From assembly GCA_964016885.1 (NCBI GenBank), contig OZ024741.1, positions 183,458,001-183,522,000 of the forward strand: a stretch of DNA of 64,000 nt, in the 5' to 3' direction. Shown here piece by piece: positions 11,395 through 23,703 of this stretch. The stretch is from Eledone cirrhosa. Its lineage: Eukaryota. A program made the translations under genes and the position numbers. Every line of letters starts with the position of its first letter. Position 1 is the first letter of the stretch. Below the pieces are notes generated by a model that searched no databases, had not been told where the DNA came from, and was given only the letters and a program-made list of their open reading frames with translations.

Positions 11395-14300
11395 TTATCC
11401 AAATACTGCTGGTGTTGGAAGAAGAAGAAGGAAAAGGACAAGAACCAACTGGACGAAAGAATTGAATAGAACTGTCATGAAATGTTACCTGAAGAGTAAC
11501 CCCATGGAAAAAGGCTATAGGAAACGGATGCATAACATCTGGAACGAGATTGGTCTATTTAAATTAGATGAACAAAAATTGGCCGGGCAGGCTGAGGTAA
11601 TAAGAACTAATGGATGGATAAGCGAGTTGGAACTGGAGGAACTGAGCAGAGAGATTAAATTGGAAATGGAGAGTGGAGTATGTCAGGCAAACGAGCCAGT
11701 GGGAAATGAAGGTGAAGAGGTTGAGAGACCTGAGGAAGCATCCGAAGTAGACAATGATCTGAATGCTGAAATAAATAACATCTGGAACAAAGATACGGCC
11801 ATTGAGGAAATGAATGCTGACGGGCTAGGGCAAGATTTGGTTGATATCCTGAACTTAGTGGTAGATGAAATGAATAATGATAGTGGAAAACCTATGAACC
11901 TAAGATTTGTAGACAGAAAAAAGTTTAAAGAAACAACAGCTAAGGTAAACAAAGTCATCCCATACCTTGAGGCGAGGAACCTTCACCAATGCAACAATAT
12001 CCTCAAAGCAACCGTAAATGCGGTGAGGAAATTACTTGGCCTCAAAACGAGAGGAAACAACAAATAGAAAGATCAGAACCTTGGTGGAAGAAACGACTGA
12101 ATGGTCAAATCAAGGAAATGAGAAAAGATATTGGAAAGCTCGAGTCCTTACTGAATGGGACATTACAAAACATAGACACTAAAGATAGAATGAAAATAAA
12201 ATACAAAACTAGGAGGAAAAGCTAAATATTATCATAGAGGAACTGAAGCAACGCTTTGTAGCAAAAAGTGCCAAGATTAGGCGGTATGAGAACAGAGTCA
12301 GTCAGTATAGACAGGACCGCATGTTTGACAACAACCAGAAGATGTTGTTTGGACAGTTGAAGGGAAAAAAAGAGGCAACGACATGATCCCTGAGGTGGAA
12401 CAGACTAAGACACTCTGGAGAGGAATATGGGAGCAAGATGTTGAACATAATAGTCAGGCAGTGTGGATTGAGACAGTTCAAAAGGAGATTAGTGAACAAG
12501 CACACCAACAATATGATTTGAGTATCACAGTTGAAACTCTTAAAGGGCAGGCCAAAAAACTAACCAACTGAAAATCACCAGGCCCAGATGGTGTGCAAGG
12601 GTATTGGATTAAAAATATAACATCCCTCCACCCGAAACTGACAACCATGTTCAATGACTGCTTGATGTCGGGTGAAGTACCAGAGTGGTTGACAAAAGGT
12701 ACCACAGTTCTGGTAATGAAAGACCGAATCAAGGGTAATGATGTTACCAACTATAGGCCTATCACATGTTTGTTCATAATGTGGAAACGGTTAACAAGCA
12801 TTATGTCTGAGGAAACCTCCACATAAACCCGTGGTACAAAAGACCAGTTACTTATTGATAAGATGGTAATGAGGAATTGCAAGAGGAGGCACACTGGTTT
12901 TGCCATGGGATGGATAGACTACAAAAAGGCATTCGACATGGTACCTCATTCTTGGATAACCAAAAGCCTAGAGATCTTCAAGGTGGCAGATAACATCAGA
13001 CAGTTGTTGAGCAAAAGTATGAAGTCCTGGGTAACAGAGTTAACATCGGGTGGAGAATCCTTGGGTGGCGTGAAGATCAAGAGAGGTATCTTCCAGGGAA
13101 ATAGTTTGTCCCCTCTGCTGTTTGTTCTTGCCCTGATACCCCTGACCGTTATATTGCGAAAAGTGAGAGCAGGATACAAGTTGGGAAAAGGAGAGCTTAC
13201 CATCAACCACCTTCTCTTTAGGGATGATTTAAAACTCTTTGGGAAGAGTGAGAAGGAGTTGGATGTACTTGTTGACATGTCCGTATTTTCAGCAATGATA
13301 TATGTATGGAATTTGGTATTAATAAGTGTGGAGTCCTTGTGATGAAGAAGGGTAAATTGAGCAGATGCAACGGAATTCAGGTACCAACAGGTGAGATGAT
13401 AAAGGAAATTGACACTGAAAAAGGATACAAATATTTAGGTGTTCTGAAGGCAGATGGCACCAAGAACAAACAAATGAAGGAATTGATAAGATCTGAGTAC
13501 ATAAGGAGAGTAAGGAGCGTATTAAAATCACATCTGAACAGTAGGAATGCCATAAGTGCAGTGAATTCCCGAGCTGTGTCTATTATTAGGTACAGTGCGG
13601 GAATTCTGAAATGGAATGTTGCTGAACAAAAAGAAATGGATAGGAAGACTAGGAAGCTATTGACTATCTACATGTTCCACAAGAGGAGTGATGTCGATAG
13701 ACTCTACTTAAGGAGATCTGAAGGTGGAAGAGGTCTTATCAGCATAGAGGACTGTGTTCAGATGGAGAAAAACAACCTGCACAAATATGTGACTGACAGT
13801 AGAGAGCCAATGCTCAAAATTGTACTGAAGGAGAACACAATAGACCAGGGGATGTCCAAGGAGGAAGAGCAACCTTCATGAAAAATCCCTTCATAGAACC
13901 TTCTTTAAGAAAACGGAATTTAGAGATCCACAGACATGGAACTGGTTAAAAAGAGGAGACCTTAAAAAAGCTACAGAAGGAATGCTAATGGCTGTGCAAG
14001 AGCAAGCCCTCAGAACGAAGTGGGTGAAACACCATATTGACAAGGAGGCGGATAGCTTACTGTATAGGATCTGTGGAGAGAGAGAGGAGACTGTGGCTCA
14101 CATTGTAAACACCTAGCCCAGACTCACTATAAAGGCTGGCGACATGATGTGATAGACAGGGTGATCCACTGGTACCTATGCAAAGTAAACAATTTACCAC
14201 ATTCTGAGAAGTGGTATGAGCATAAGCCAGAGTCGGTGATAGAAAACGATCAGGTGAAGGTGCTATGGGATTTTAGGATACAGACGGATAAGAAATTAGA

Positions 14301-14700
14301 ACACAATAGGCCTGACCTGATGGTTTTGGACAAGGAAAACAGATCGTGCCTGATTGTAGATGTAGCCTGCCCATTTGACATGAGAGTGCAAGAAAAGGAG
14401 AGGGAGAAAATTAACCGATACCAGGATTTAAAGTGGGAGTTAAAAAGGATTTGGAACTGCCATGAAATCAAGGTCGTCCCGATTGTCATAGGCGCACAAG
14501 GTACTATCTCAAAGAATTTCCAAGGATCGTTAAAGAAGATTAGTTCAGCCCCGCTTTTTGGAACACTTCAAAAGGTTAACTTGCTGGGAACAGCAAGAAC
14601 CCTCCGATACGTCCTGAATATCTGAGGCTGCAGGTAGCGGCTTGGTATTCATCACAACAAACTTTCCAGTTAAATAACATCAATGACTGAGACTCAAAGA
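11395..14700 (+). mobile_element. Decayed R4/Dong-clade non-LTR retrotransposon (RT + restriction-like endonuclease)
   Basis: Fragmented ORFs give the N-terminal motif WTKELNRTVMKCY..YRKRMHNIW, then [82 protein letters not shown], a zinc knuckle RICGEREETVAHI, and RHD/NRPDL/DVACP (RLE). Multiple frameshifts and stops. The 5' flank is (TAA)n. Confidence 0.9.
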
Positions 14701-14707
14701 AAAATAA

Positions 14708-15070
14708 TTCTTTCTTTATTAACCACAAGGGATGACATCAAGTACAACATTAAGGAGAGCACAGGACGGTACAAATGGGCATTTGTGCGTGTAAAGAAAA
14801 AAAACAAAGGTAATGACAAAAAAAGAAACAAAGGAAAATTCCCCAATAGAGGGGAGACTTCCGAGGGGCACTCATGGAGAAAGCTCATTAAAAAAAGCCA
14901 CGGTGACCCTGACCACCAGGGCAAGTGCCCTTTCCCACTTTTCCACCTCCAATTTACAGGCGCATACTCAAAGCAGGCCCATTCACTCGGGCCATGCTTG
15001 CCTCTCACCCATCTTTCAACAAATTGTTGGGATGAGAGCACTTCCCTCTCCACCCTGATTTTCCTTTTCA
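14708..15070 (-). mobile_element. 5'-truncated 3' end of a Tx1-family element
   Basis: The minus-strand peptide KRKIRVEREVLSSQQFVERWV matches the ORF2 C-terminus of the intact element (RRIRMEREVLGHRQFYERWV), followed by a pyrimidine-rich 3' UTR and AATAAA. Confidence 0.8.
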
Positions 15071-15089
15071 AATAATAATAATGATAATG

Positions 15090-15235
15090 GTTTTTTATTG
15101 GCCACAAGGGCTAACATGATGAAAAACATTACAGACGGCACAGAGCGGTACAGGACGATACAAAGTGGGTTCGGGCTGTGTAAAAAGGTTATAACTAGAA
15201 AATAGAAATGTGTAAAAACAAATTAAAAAAATTCA
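15090..15235 (-). mobile_element. Short 3'-UTR fragment of a related Tx1-like element
   Basis: Ends CCCTTGTGGCCAATAAAAA, similar to the 14708 fragment end (CCCTTGTGGTTAATAAAG). Confidence 0.5.
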
Positions 15236-15247
15236 AACAACAACAAT

Positions 15248-15437
15248 AATAATTGTTTCTACTTTTGGCACAAGGCCAGCAATTACCCAGTGCATTACTG
15301 GTACTTTATTTTATAGACCCTGTAAGGATGAAAGGAAAAGTTAACCTCGGCGGGATTTGAACTCAGAATGGAAAGGGGCGTAACTCTATGCGTCAAAGCA
15401 TGGCGTCCGACCCTCTACTGATACTGCCAATCCACCA
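15248..15437 (-). mobile_element. SINE S1
   Basis: Near-consensus copy. Confidence 0.9.
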
Positions 15438-16339
15438 ATGGTTTCTGATTTAGACACAAAGCCAGGATATAGTCTACTGTCTTTATTTAACGCCTGCTGT
15501 TCCTCCATTATGTCTATATAAAATATAAACAGCTAGTGTCAACTACGTTCTTTTTTAAAAATATTAATCTATGTATAGACGATGGACGCCATATTTTGGT
15601 CTGCTGTGTTTGCAAAGGAACAAACAGCTCAGTTAAACGAGATATTAACCACCATGGATGATTGGAGAAAAAAGAATGAGAAGAAACAACTAGTAATATT
15701 TTATTAATAGTTAGTGTTAGGCTCACTTCAAATCTTGCCGAGGTCAACTTTGTCTTTCATCTCTTCGAGATCGATAGAATAAATATTAGTCATGTACTGC
15801 GCTTGGTTTAATCGACTATAGCCCCCCTTAGTTTATGCTGCCCCATTCAGAAGCAAAATATTAGGATAAATTGAAATACGACATATCAACTTTTAATTTT
15901 TCTTCCATATTATTTCTTTTTCAACACGTTCATGAATATTAATGATTCACGTGACTAAGTCGTCTGCCATCCCAGGGATTTCCTTTTCATCCATTACACA
16001 AAATCTAACAACCACAAACATTTACAGACCAACAACAAATATAGAAACTATCTGAAGCAAACCATTCACGCAGTGTAAATCTCCTGTCGGATGTCATTAA
16101 AAATTTGTGTCTTATACATATATATATATTTTTTTGTGTATAGAATTTTATGAACAATAGCGTCGTTGGTCCCAATTTTACAACAGCCAATCACTATAAT
16201 GAGACTGACAAGTGAGCGTCTGTGTAACTCAAGCGGAAAAAAGAATTTCAAGGGCTTTCGTTTGAAAGTACCAGCACACACACACACACACACACACATA
16301 CACATACACACACAAACAAAGCTCTTCAAAATAGTACAG

Positions 16340-18080
16340 CACTAAAAGGAATATATCTGCTACTGAAGCATCGTGTGGTATATCCAGAATTGGGCTGAAT
16401 TACAATCTTTGCTTTGTCAACATTGATTGCTTTCTAAGACGTTAATATGCTTCTGTGTATAGGTCTGCCGTCATTTGAAGATCAGCTTCATTGTTTGTGG
16501 GTATTGGCTTGTCACCTGCATATTGTAGTTTACACAGCATGTTGACAGTAGACTTTGACTTGGAGCGGAAATGGGAGAGATTGAACAAACCACAATTTAA
16601 CCTATAGCGGACATCAACACCAAGAGTATCAATAAGTAACTCGTTAATCATAGCAGAATGATATAAAGTAAATGGTGTTGGTGCTAAGATACAACCTTCT
16701 TTCAAACCACTAATAATTGTTTCTACATTTGGCACAAGGCCAGCAATTACCCAGTACATTACTGGTACTTTATTTTATCGACCCCGTAAGGATGAAAGGC
16801 AAAGTTAACCTCGGCGGGATTTGAACTCAGTCTGTAAAGGGACGTAACTATGCTGGAAAGCAAACCACTAATAATAGGGAAAAGGTCTGTAAAGGTACTT
16901 CGATAACAGATCTTCTCAAGCATGCCTTCATGTAAAGAGACACATTTTTCAGGGTAACCAAAAGTTGGCAAAGTTGGCTCACATTGCTGGCCTTAGCACT
17001 TTGTCAAAGGTTTTTGTAGGTCCCAGAAAAAAATACAAATGACTGGTGTTGCTATCAGTTTTTCTCCTAAGTTTGTTGTACGCAGAAAACCATGTCAACA
17101 GTACCCTTGATGGGTCGAAAATCACATTGAGTTTCGGGAAGGACGTTCTGCTAATGTGAGTAGCCTGATCAGGAGAATACGTACGAAGATCTTGCCAGCA
17201 GTGTTCAACAGAGATATGCCACGGTAATTTCTATAGTGAGTTCTATCATTAAGAAGGGTGATAGATGATTGTCACCATGTTAGCACTTTTGGATTTTTCT
17301 GGGGATACCTTTTGCTTTCCATATCAGGCGAATCAGAAGTTTCAGCAGCTACCGAAGTTCCAAACCATCATACTTAAAGAGCTCGAAAAGAATACCATCA
17401 AAACTTGCTCGACTTCATGCGTCCTAAAGCCCTTGCGAACTCATCCACACCCAGATAGGAATCTGGGAAGCATTTCTAAAATCTTCTTAACTTGAAGGGT
17501 AATCGTTTAGGATACTTTGGAAGTATGATCACCAATGTAGCAGGATATTTTGTGAGTTAGTGTGAATGGTTGTGTCATTTATGTCTTTAAGGCCTCTCGT
17601 GGTTGATCTGATAGGGCCAAAAATCACCTTAGTGGCATAGAAGAGACGTATATCTCATCTGTCAGTATATTGTTGAAGTTCTCTAACCTTTGATTGTTAC
17701 CAACTATTTTTGAGTTTACGTAGGTGTTTCTGACACAGCTTTGATGCTTTTTGAAGGGACTTCTCATTCTCTCATGATGGGTGGTTATCAAGTGTAAGGC
17801 GGCCAAACCTTTTTTGTTTAATTAAATATGAGAGTCTTTCATTATTTTTATCAAACCAGTTTTGGTGAATAGTTCTTGCAAAACCAAGAACCCCTTCAGT
17901 TGCAGTGTGTAAAATATTCGTCCAAAATTCGGTTACATCACCAGTTCCCAGTAACTGAAATACTCTCGTGCACAGAGATCTAAAATTGCCACAAATCTGA
18001 GGGTTTTGAAACTTAGATCAGTCAAGTTTACGATACAGTTTACACGCAGTTGGTGATTCGCACAGTTATGTTGAAGCAAT
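16340..18080 (-). mobile_element. Degraded RTE-clade LINE fragment, interrupted by a SINE
   Basis: Minus-strand remnants NYRGISLLNTAGKIF, ETQCDFRP..GTVDMVF, FGYPEK, GLKEGCILAPT, YRLNCGLFNL, LQYAGD. Confidence 0.85.
16703..16875 (-). mobile_element. 5'-truncated SINE S1 with 15-bp target-site duplication
   Basis: CAAACCACTAATAAT at 16703-16717 and 16861-16875, inside the RTE fragment. Confidence 0.92.
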
Positions 18081-18589
18081 ATATTTGTCGACGGTGGTAG
18101 ATTCTATAGCCACCTGCGTTGGGCGTAAAGCAAGTAATGCAAAGTTCTCTCTTGTCCTGACAACGCGTCATGACTTATTCCAAGATAAACCAATGTTTTG
18201 ATCTTGGAAATTGCCATGTTGTTATGTGCCTATTTAGGAGACGGGACAAAGAATTTGCAACCACGAGTTCATGCTCAGCACACAGACCACGTAATAAGTG
18301 TCGTTTCAAGTTGCAACTTCCAATGCCATGCTGTCCAAAGATGGAATAAACATCGGACTCTACTCACCCTCACCCCCCGTTTGGATAGTTAACCGCGATT
18401 GGTAGACAGATTTTCTGACCATCGGAATGTGTCCCCTCCAAAAGAAACAAAAACGTTGACGTTATGATCAGGTCAGATTCAGATGAAAACCGGAGCAAGA
18501 CGGTAATAAATAACAGAAGCGATGTACACGTTCAACACCCTTTATTGAACTTCACAGATAGCTTCTTTTCAGCCCAATTTTTGTGTTTA

Positions 18590-19075
18590 CCCTGCACCTA
18601 ATTTCGTTCCAGTTCTTCTACATAAAGTATTTTATAAGGAGCTTCGATCAAGCAACCTTTGTTGTTGGCCAATATGGATCTTTCTCTCCGGGTGCCGAGC
18701 TGTTACCACCTCGTATTCCCTCAACACGGTGTCAACCACATCGATTTACATAGTGTCCGGCATGACTTTTTCCCGTTCCAGTTTGAGCGGGATGCCCTTC
18801 GGCATTTCCAGATTTGACAGCAATGATTCAATAGCCAAAATGTATAGGGGTGAGGAGAACGCACACACCCTATGAAATTGAGCGTATTATTCTAAACATT
18901 TAGTTTGACCACTAAGCAGATGTCACTGTACATTGAAGCGATCCAACCTCTGAAAATAAGACCGACATCAGGTGCACTAAGGATAACCACCAAATATAAG
19001 TCAGGTTTATTATCCACCATCTTTACGATGAATCATGCGAGGAAGATGGTGTGGATAGATCTTCCGGACATTGCA
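18590..19075 (-). mobile_element. Highly degraded Tx1/L1-like RT fragment
   Basis: Minus-strand remnants RSIHTI, FRGWIASMYS, PLYILAIESLL, colinear with the RT of the intact element. Confidence 0.6.
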
Positions 19076-19842
19076 GAATGTTAGAATCCATTCATTCAAT
19101 TCACACATGCAGTATTTGTAACTCTAAGTGAGCACATGTCACTTCAAAGTAAGGATAGTGATTTCTAAATGAGCAAATTTCACTTGTACAAAATTTACCC
19201 AATTCAATTCGCCAGGAATAATGTACTTTGACAGAGTAAACATGTAGTAAAGAAAGTTCTATCCGTGGGAGAGTAAGATGCTATGATATAAACAGAACAA
19301 AACGAAAAAGCCATTCATTTACAATCATAGGAAATCAAACAGTACAATCGCCGTATAACTAGTTTTCAATGCAAATTATTATATACTGATGCAGTCTAAC
19401 GGAGTGAACTTCTAAAACTGTTACTCGAAAGGTTCTTTGAAGTACAGTGTAACAGCTAATCGTTTAAGAGTTAAACTGTTAATTTATTTCGTTGTCTATA
19501 CAAGCAGCATTAAGGGGACATAGAACAAAAAAGACGCCAGTGTCAAACATCATTTGCAGCCAGCTCATACAGTGTTATGATTGTGGATCTGACTATAAAG
19601 GTATTCCTAAATCCATAGGTATTAATTTAAAGATTGCAAAGAGAATAATATAAAAGAATATACAGATAGGAAAATGAGAATCATTACCAACAGACTGTAG
19701 AAGGAATGTAAATATTGATGAGATAAAGGCAATAAATATCAATCCATCAATCACTTTTTTTTAAAGAGAAATGAATATTTTGCCTCGATGCCGGTCGATG
19801 AAAACTTAGTTAATTAGGAAAGTTTAATTTCTGGCATTAAAA

Positions 19843-20022
19843 TAATTGTTTCTACTTTAAGCACAAGGCCAGCAATTACCCAGTGTATTACTGGTACTTT
19901 ATTTTATCGACCCCGTAAGGATGAAAGGCAAAGTTAACCTCGGCGGGATTTGAACTCAGAATGGCAAGGGCCGTAACTCTATGCGCCAAAGCATGGCATC
20001 CGACACTCTACCAATACTGCCA
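19843..20022 (-). mobile_element. SINE S1
   Basis: Near-consensus copy. Confidence 0.9.
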
Positions 20023-20408
20023 TAATGTTATCGTGTTTTGATGTTATATTTTCTATTAAATAAATCTTTTTATTTTAATTTCATTTTGAAATCGTTATTC
20101 TTACCTTCAAGTTGTAAAGTCGCATTTTTAAAGCATTACCGGTCCAGGACGGTGGGTTGGAGGAATTATTAGAGCTGTCGGACTGTATGTTTGGTGGTAT
20201 CTGTTCAGGTTATTTGTGTTCCGAGACCATATTTCGCTTTCTATCATCTGAAAAAAAAAAAAAAAAAATTGGTGATATAATAGGACTGGACTACCTATCA
20301 TTAAAACGCACAAGAAATCTCCAACGAGATGGCACCCTGTTGGAGGCTAGCAAAACCTGCGCGGGTGTGAGCGATATGAACAACAAACATTAACCTTATA
20401 CCATTATG

Positions 20409-20595
20409 TGGTGGATTGGCAGTATCGGTAGAAGGTCGGACGCCATGCTTTCCAGCATAGTTACGTCCCTCTACGATCTGAGTTCAAATCCCGCCGAGGT
20501 TGACTTTGCCTTTCATCCTTACGGGGTCGATAAAATAAAGTACCAGTAATGCACTGGGTAATTGCTGGCCTTGTGCCTAAAGTAGAAACAATTAT
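20409..20595 (+). mobile_element. SINE S1
   Basis: A and B boxes on the plus strand; ends AGAAACAATTAT. Confidence 0.9.
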
Positions 20596-20819
20596 GTAAA
20601 TGATATGTTCCTTAGCACATGTTTACATTTTGATAATTAGTCTTCTGTTACTTACATTCGACATTTTGGGAAGGGGGAGTTAAGTAACAACAAAACCTGT
20701 CATTTCAATCTTCATCCTAATCAGTTGAACAGGTCCATATCGGCCAAATTTCACAACAATACTAAATATATATTCAGTAGATATGACTCAATTCGATTTA
20801 TTTATTATTTATCTATGAC

Positions 20820-21008
20820 TGGCGGTGAATTGGCAGTATCGGTAGAGGGTTGGACGCCATGCTTTCTAGCATAGTTACGTCCCGTTACAGTCTGAGTTCA
20901 AATCCCGCCGAGGTTAACTTTGCCTTTCATCCTTACGGGGTCGATAAAGTAAAGTACCAGTAATGTACTGGGTATTGCTGGCCTTGTGCCTAAAGTAGAA
21001 ACAATTAT
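20820..21008 (+). mobile_element. SINE S1 (full length)
   Basis: GGCGGTGAATTGGCAGTATCGG...GAGTTCAAATCCCGCC...AGAAACAATTAT. Confidence 0.92.
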
Positions 21009-21279
21009 ATATATATGACCCTTGTTATTGTTATTTACTTTTGGTATATAAGCAAAAGGAATATTTAATTTGTTGGTAATTCAACAAATATAAATGTGTA
21101 TAACTGATTCAAAGCACTCGACAAGTTTTCTGGAGTATAATATTCAATGATATTAAATAAATGGAAACTATATTTATAAAACCATATTTATTCTATTATA
21201 TATATTTCAAGGGTACCAAAACTTTGGTACGCTATCATCAGATAAAATTAAAGAGGCATTAAGGTATATATATATATAT

Positions 21280-21598
21280 CAATGATATTAATAAATGAAA
21301 ACTATATTTATAAAACCATATTTATATTTCAAGGGTACCAAAATTTTGGTACGCTCTCATCAGATAAAATACAAAGTTTGTTTTATAAATATTGACATAA
21401 CCAGGAAGAAGAACTTAACGGTTCAAGTTTTTCCAGGAAAAACTTGAACCGTTAAGTTCTTCTTCCTGGATATGTCAATATTTATAAAACAAACTTTGTA
21501 TTTTATCTGATGAGAGCGTACCAAAATTTTGGTACCCTTGAAATATTTATAATAGAATAAATATGGTTTTATAAATATAGTTTCTATTTATTTAATAT

Positions 21599-21603
<5 letters not shown>
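21280..21603. repeat. ~320-bp palindrome (family B, 1-nt centre at 21435) flanked by (TA)n
   Basis: The arms are reverse complements apart from a few substitutions and a ~13-bp indel. Further family B copies at 21055-21250, 45158-45325 and 46925-47172. Confidence 0.93.
21500..21557 (+). ncRNA. Hammerhead ribozyme motif in palindromic element family B
   Basis: ATTTTAT-CTGATGA-GAGCGTACCAAAATTTTGGTACCCTT-GAAA-TATTTA-TA-ATAGAAT. Minus-strand homologues at ~21190-21247, ~45200-45260 and ~46970-47030 carry a palindromic TATATA loop 3; the copy at ~21320-21370 is partly deleted. Confidence 0.75.
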
Positions 21604-21670
<67 letters not shown>

Positions 21671-21760
21671 CGAAGGAACTGTGGTAAGGAACCAGGTGGA
21701 CCATAACGCACCAAAGTACTCAATACTTAGGGTAGTAGAGTGGGTAATAGGAACCTTGTT

Positions 21761-21821
<61 letters not shown>

Positions 21822-22288
21822 TGTCGAAAAGATAACACACGAGAGAAAGAGAGAGAGCGTGTGTGCTATCAATATACAGGGAAAACCACCAGAGTATGGA
21901 ATCTATAAACTACGAAAGGTGAGGTAGATGCATAATAATTAAAAATATAAATCAGAATGAATTTACCCACCTTTATAACTATATATCACACGCGTACAAA
22001 CCCAAAGAGATTTGATACGCCAAAAGATTAGTGAATGGAATGAACACACTCAGGTTCATCAGCGTGTGGTAAGTGGATACATTCCAGAGGACACTAAGAA
22101 AAACTTAAGATAACCGCCTTGCAACACGTGGTAGAGAGAAGGAAATATGTGCAAGAGACAGTAAACTAGTGGCCTGGGTAGAATGAGCGGCTAGAAATCG
22201 CAGCCCCAAACCACTCAAATAACTGTGCTCAACTAAACGGAGAGAGAGAAGACTGTTATTTGGAGCAATATATCAAAATAAATTAACA

Positions 22289-22401
22289 GTCATAGACTCG
22301 CGTTAGCCCCTGTAAATTATGAGCTCAAAGGAAAGAGTATCCTGGGCTCTTCAAATATAATATGAGCTCATAATTTACAGGGACTAACGCGAGTCTATGA
22401 C
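22289..22401. repeat. Hairpin with ~39-bp arms
   Basis: GTCATAGACTCGCGTTAGCCCCTGTAAATTATGAGCTCA / TGAGCTCATAATTTACAGGGACTAACGCGAGTCTATGAC. Confidence 0.9.
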
Positions 22402-22454
22402 CCCGTTAATTTATTTTGATATATATATATATAAATCGTTGCTGGAGTGATCAT

Positions 22455-22491
<37 letters not shown>

Positions 22492-22671
22492 AATTGATGA
22501 AGTAATTCCATCGGAAAAGAGTGTTCTATGTAGGCAACAGAGCTTAATTATTATTATTAAACAAACCAGGATTTTTTCATTCTGAGGATTGAAAGCAAAA
22601 CCTTTTGCTTTTAAGAAACCACTGGTAAATGGAATAATTGCCTTATGTTGTTTATTACATAATAATAATAA

Positions 22672-22741
<70 letters not shown>

Positions 22742-22744
<3 letters not shown>

Positions 22745-23253
22745 GTAAGTATGCATGTATACGTACATACATATATGTATACAGACGTACAGTAGCATGC
22801 ATATATATATATATATATATACATATATATATACATATGCATACAGGTACACATACATATATGCACGTATCAGTTTAGCGGCGGTTATTATAACGTCGCT
22901 TTGTTCGTTTGTAAACAAACTGAACAGCCTGAATTTATGCCTGACGAATTTAACTCACTCAATATGCAAATTAGGCTGCTCAGCCGTTAATTTTCATAAG
23001 GAAAGTATATACTTTCGAACGTTCAACTATCTGGCAGATGGGTAAACAGTGCTGATGATAGCTAACAAGCTTGAAACTAGTACATCGTTCCTGTGTCAGT
23101 GTTGAACAAAAAGGTGACGTGGTTGCCTTAACACCGTATGGCATAAATTCAGGCTGTTCAGTTTGTTTACAAACGAACAAAGCGACGTTATAATAAGCGC
23201 CGCTAAACTGATACGTGCATATATGTATGTGTACCTGTATGCATATGTATATA

Positions 23254-23284
<31 letters not shown>

Positions 23285-23344
23285 GCATGCTACTGTACGT
23301 CTGTATACATATATGTATGTACGTATACATGCATACTTACATTT
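22742..23344. repeat. Inverted repeat, ~200-bp arms, ~200-bp spacer containing a hammerhead
   Basis: 22742-22941 is the reverse complement of ~23140-23344. Confidence 0.92.
23049..23085 (+). ncRNA. Minimal type I hammerhead ribozyme
   Basis: GTG-CTGATGA-TAGCT-AACA-AGCTT-GAAA-CTAG-TA-CAT; palindromic CTAG loop. Confidence 0.8.
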
Positions 23345-23398
23345 AAGTAAGTGCCATACTAAGAGTGAGAAATGAAATTTCGTTTTCATTTTGTTTCA

Positions 23399-23440
<42 letters not shown>

Positions 23441-23445
<5 letters not shown>

Positions 23446-23619
23446 AGTAAGTAAGACCCCGACGGCTGAGCTCAAGCCGTTTCGACGGCTAATTCTGTAC
23501 TGAATTAGCTCAGCCGTCGCGGGGTCTTACTTACTCCTATTACCCACTCTACTACTCTAAGTATTGAGTACTTTGGTGCGTTATGGTCCACCTGGTTCCT
23601 TACCACTTTTCCCTCGCTA

Positions 23620-23620
<1 letters not shown>
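23441..23620. repeat. Family A element with foldback end
   Basis: ATAGGAGTAAGTAAGACCCCGACGGCTGAGCT folds onto 23506-23540. The rest is the reverse complement of 21669-21752. (TA)n on both sides. Confidence 0.85.
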
Positions 23621-23703
<83 letters not shown>

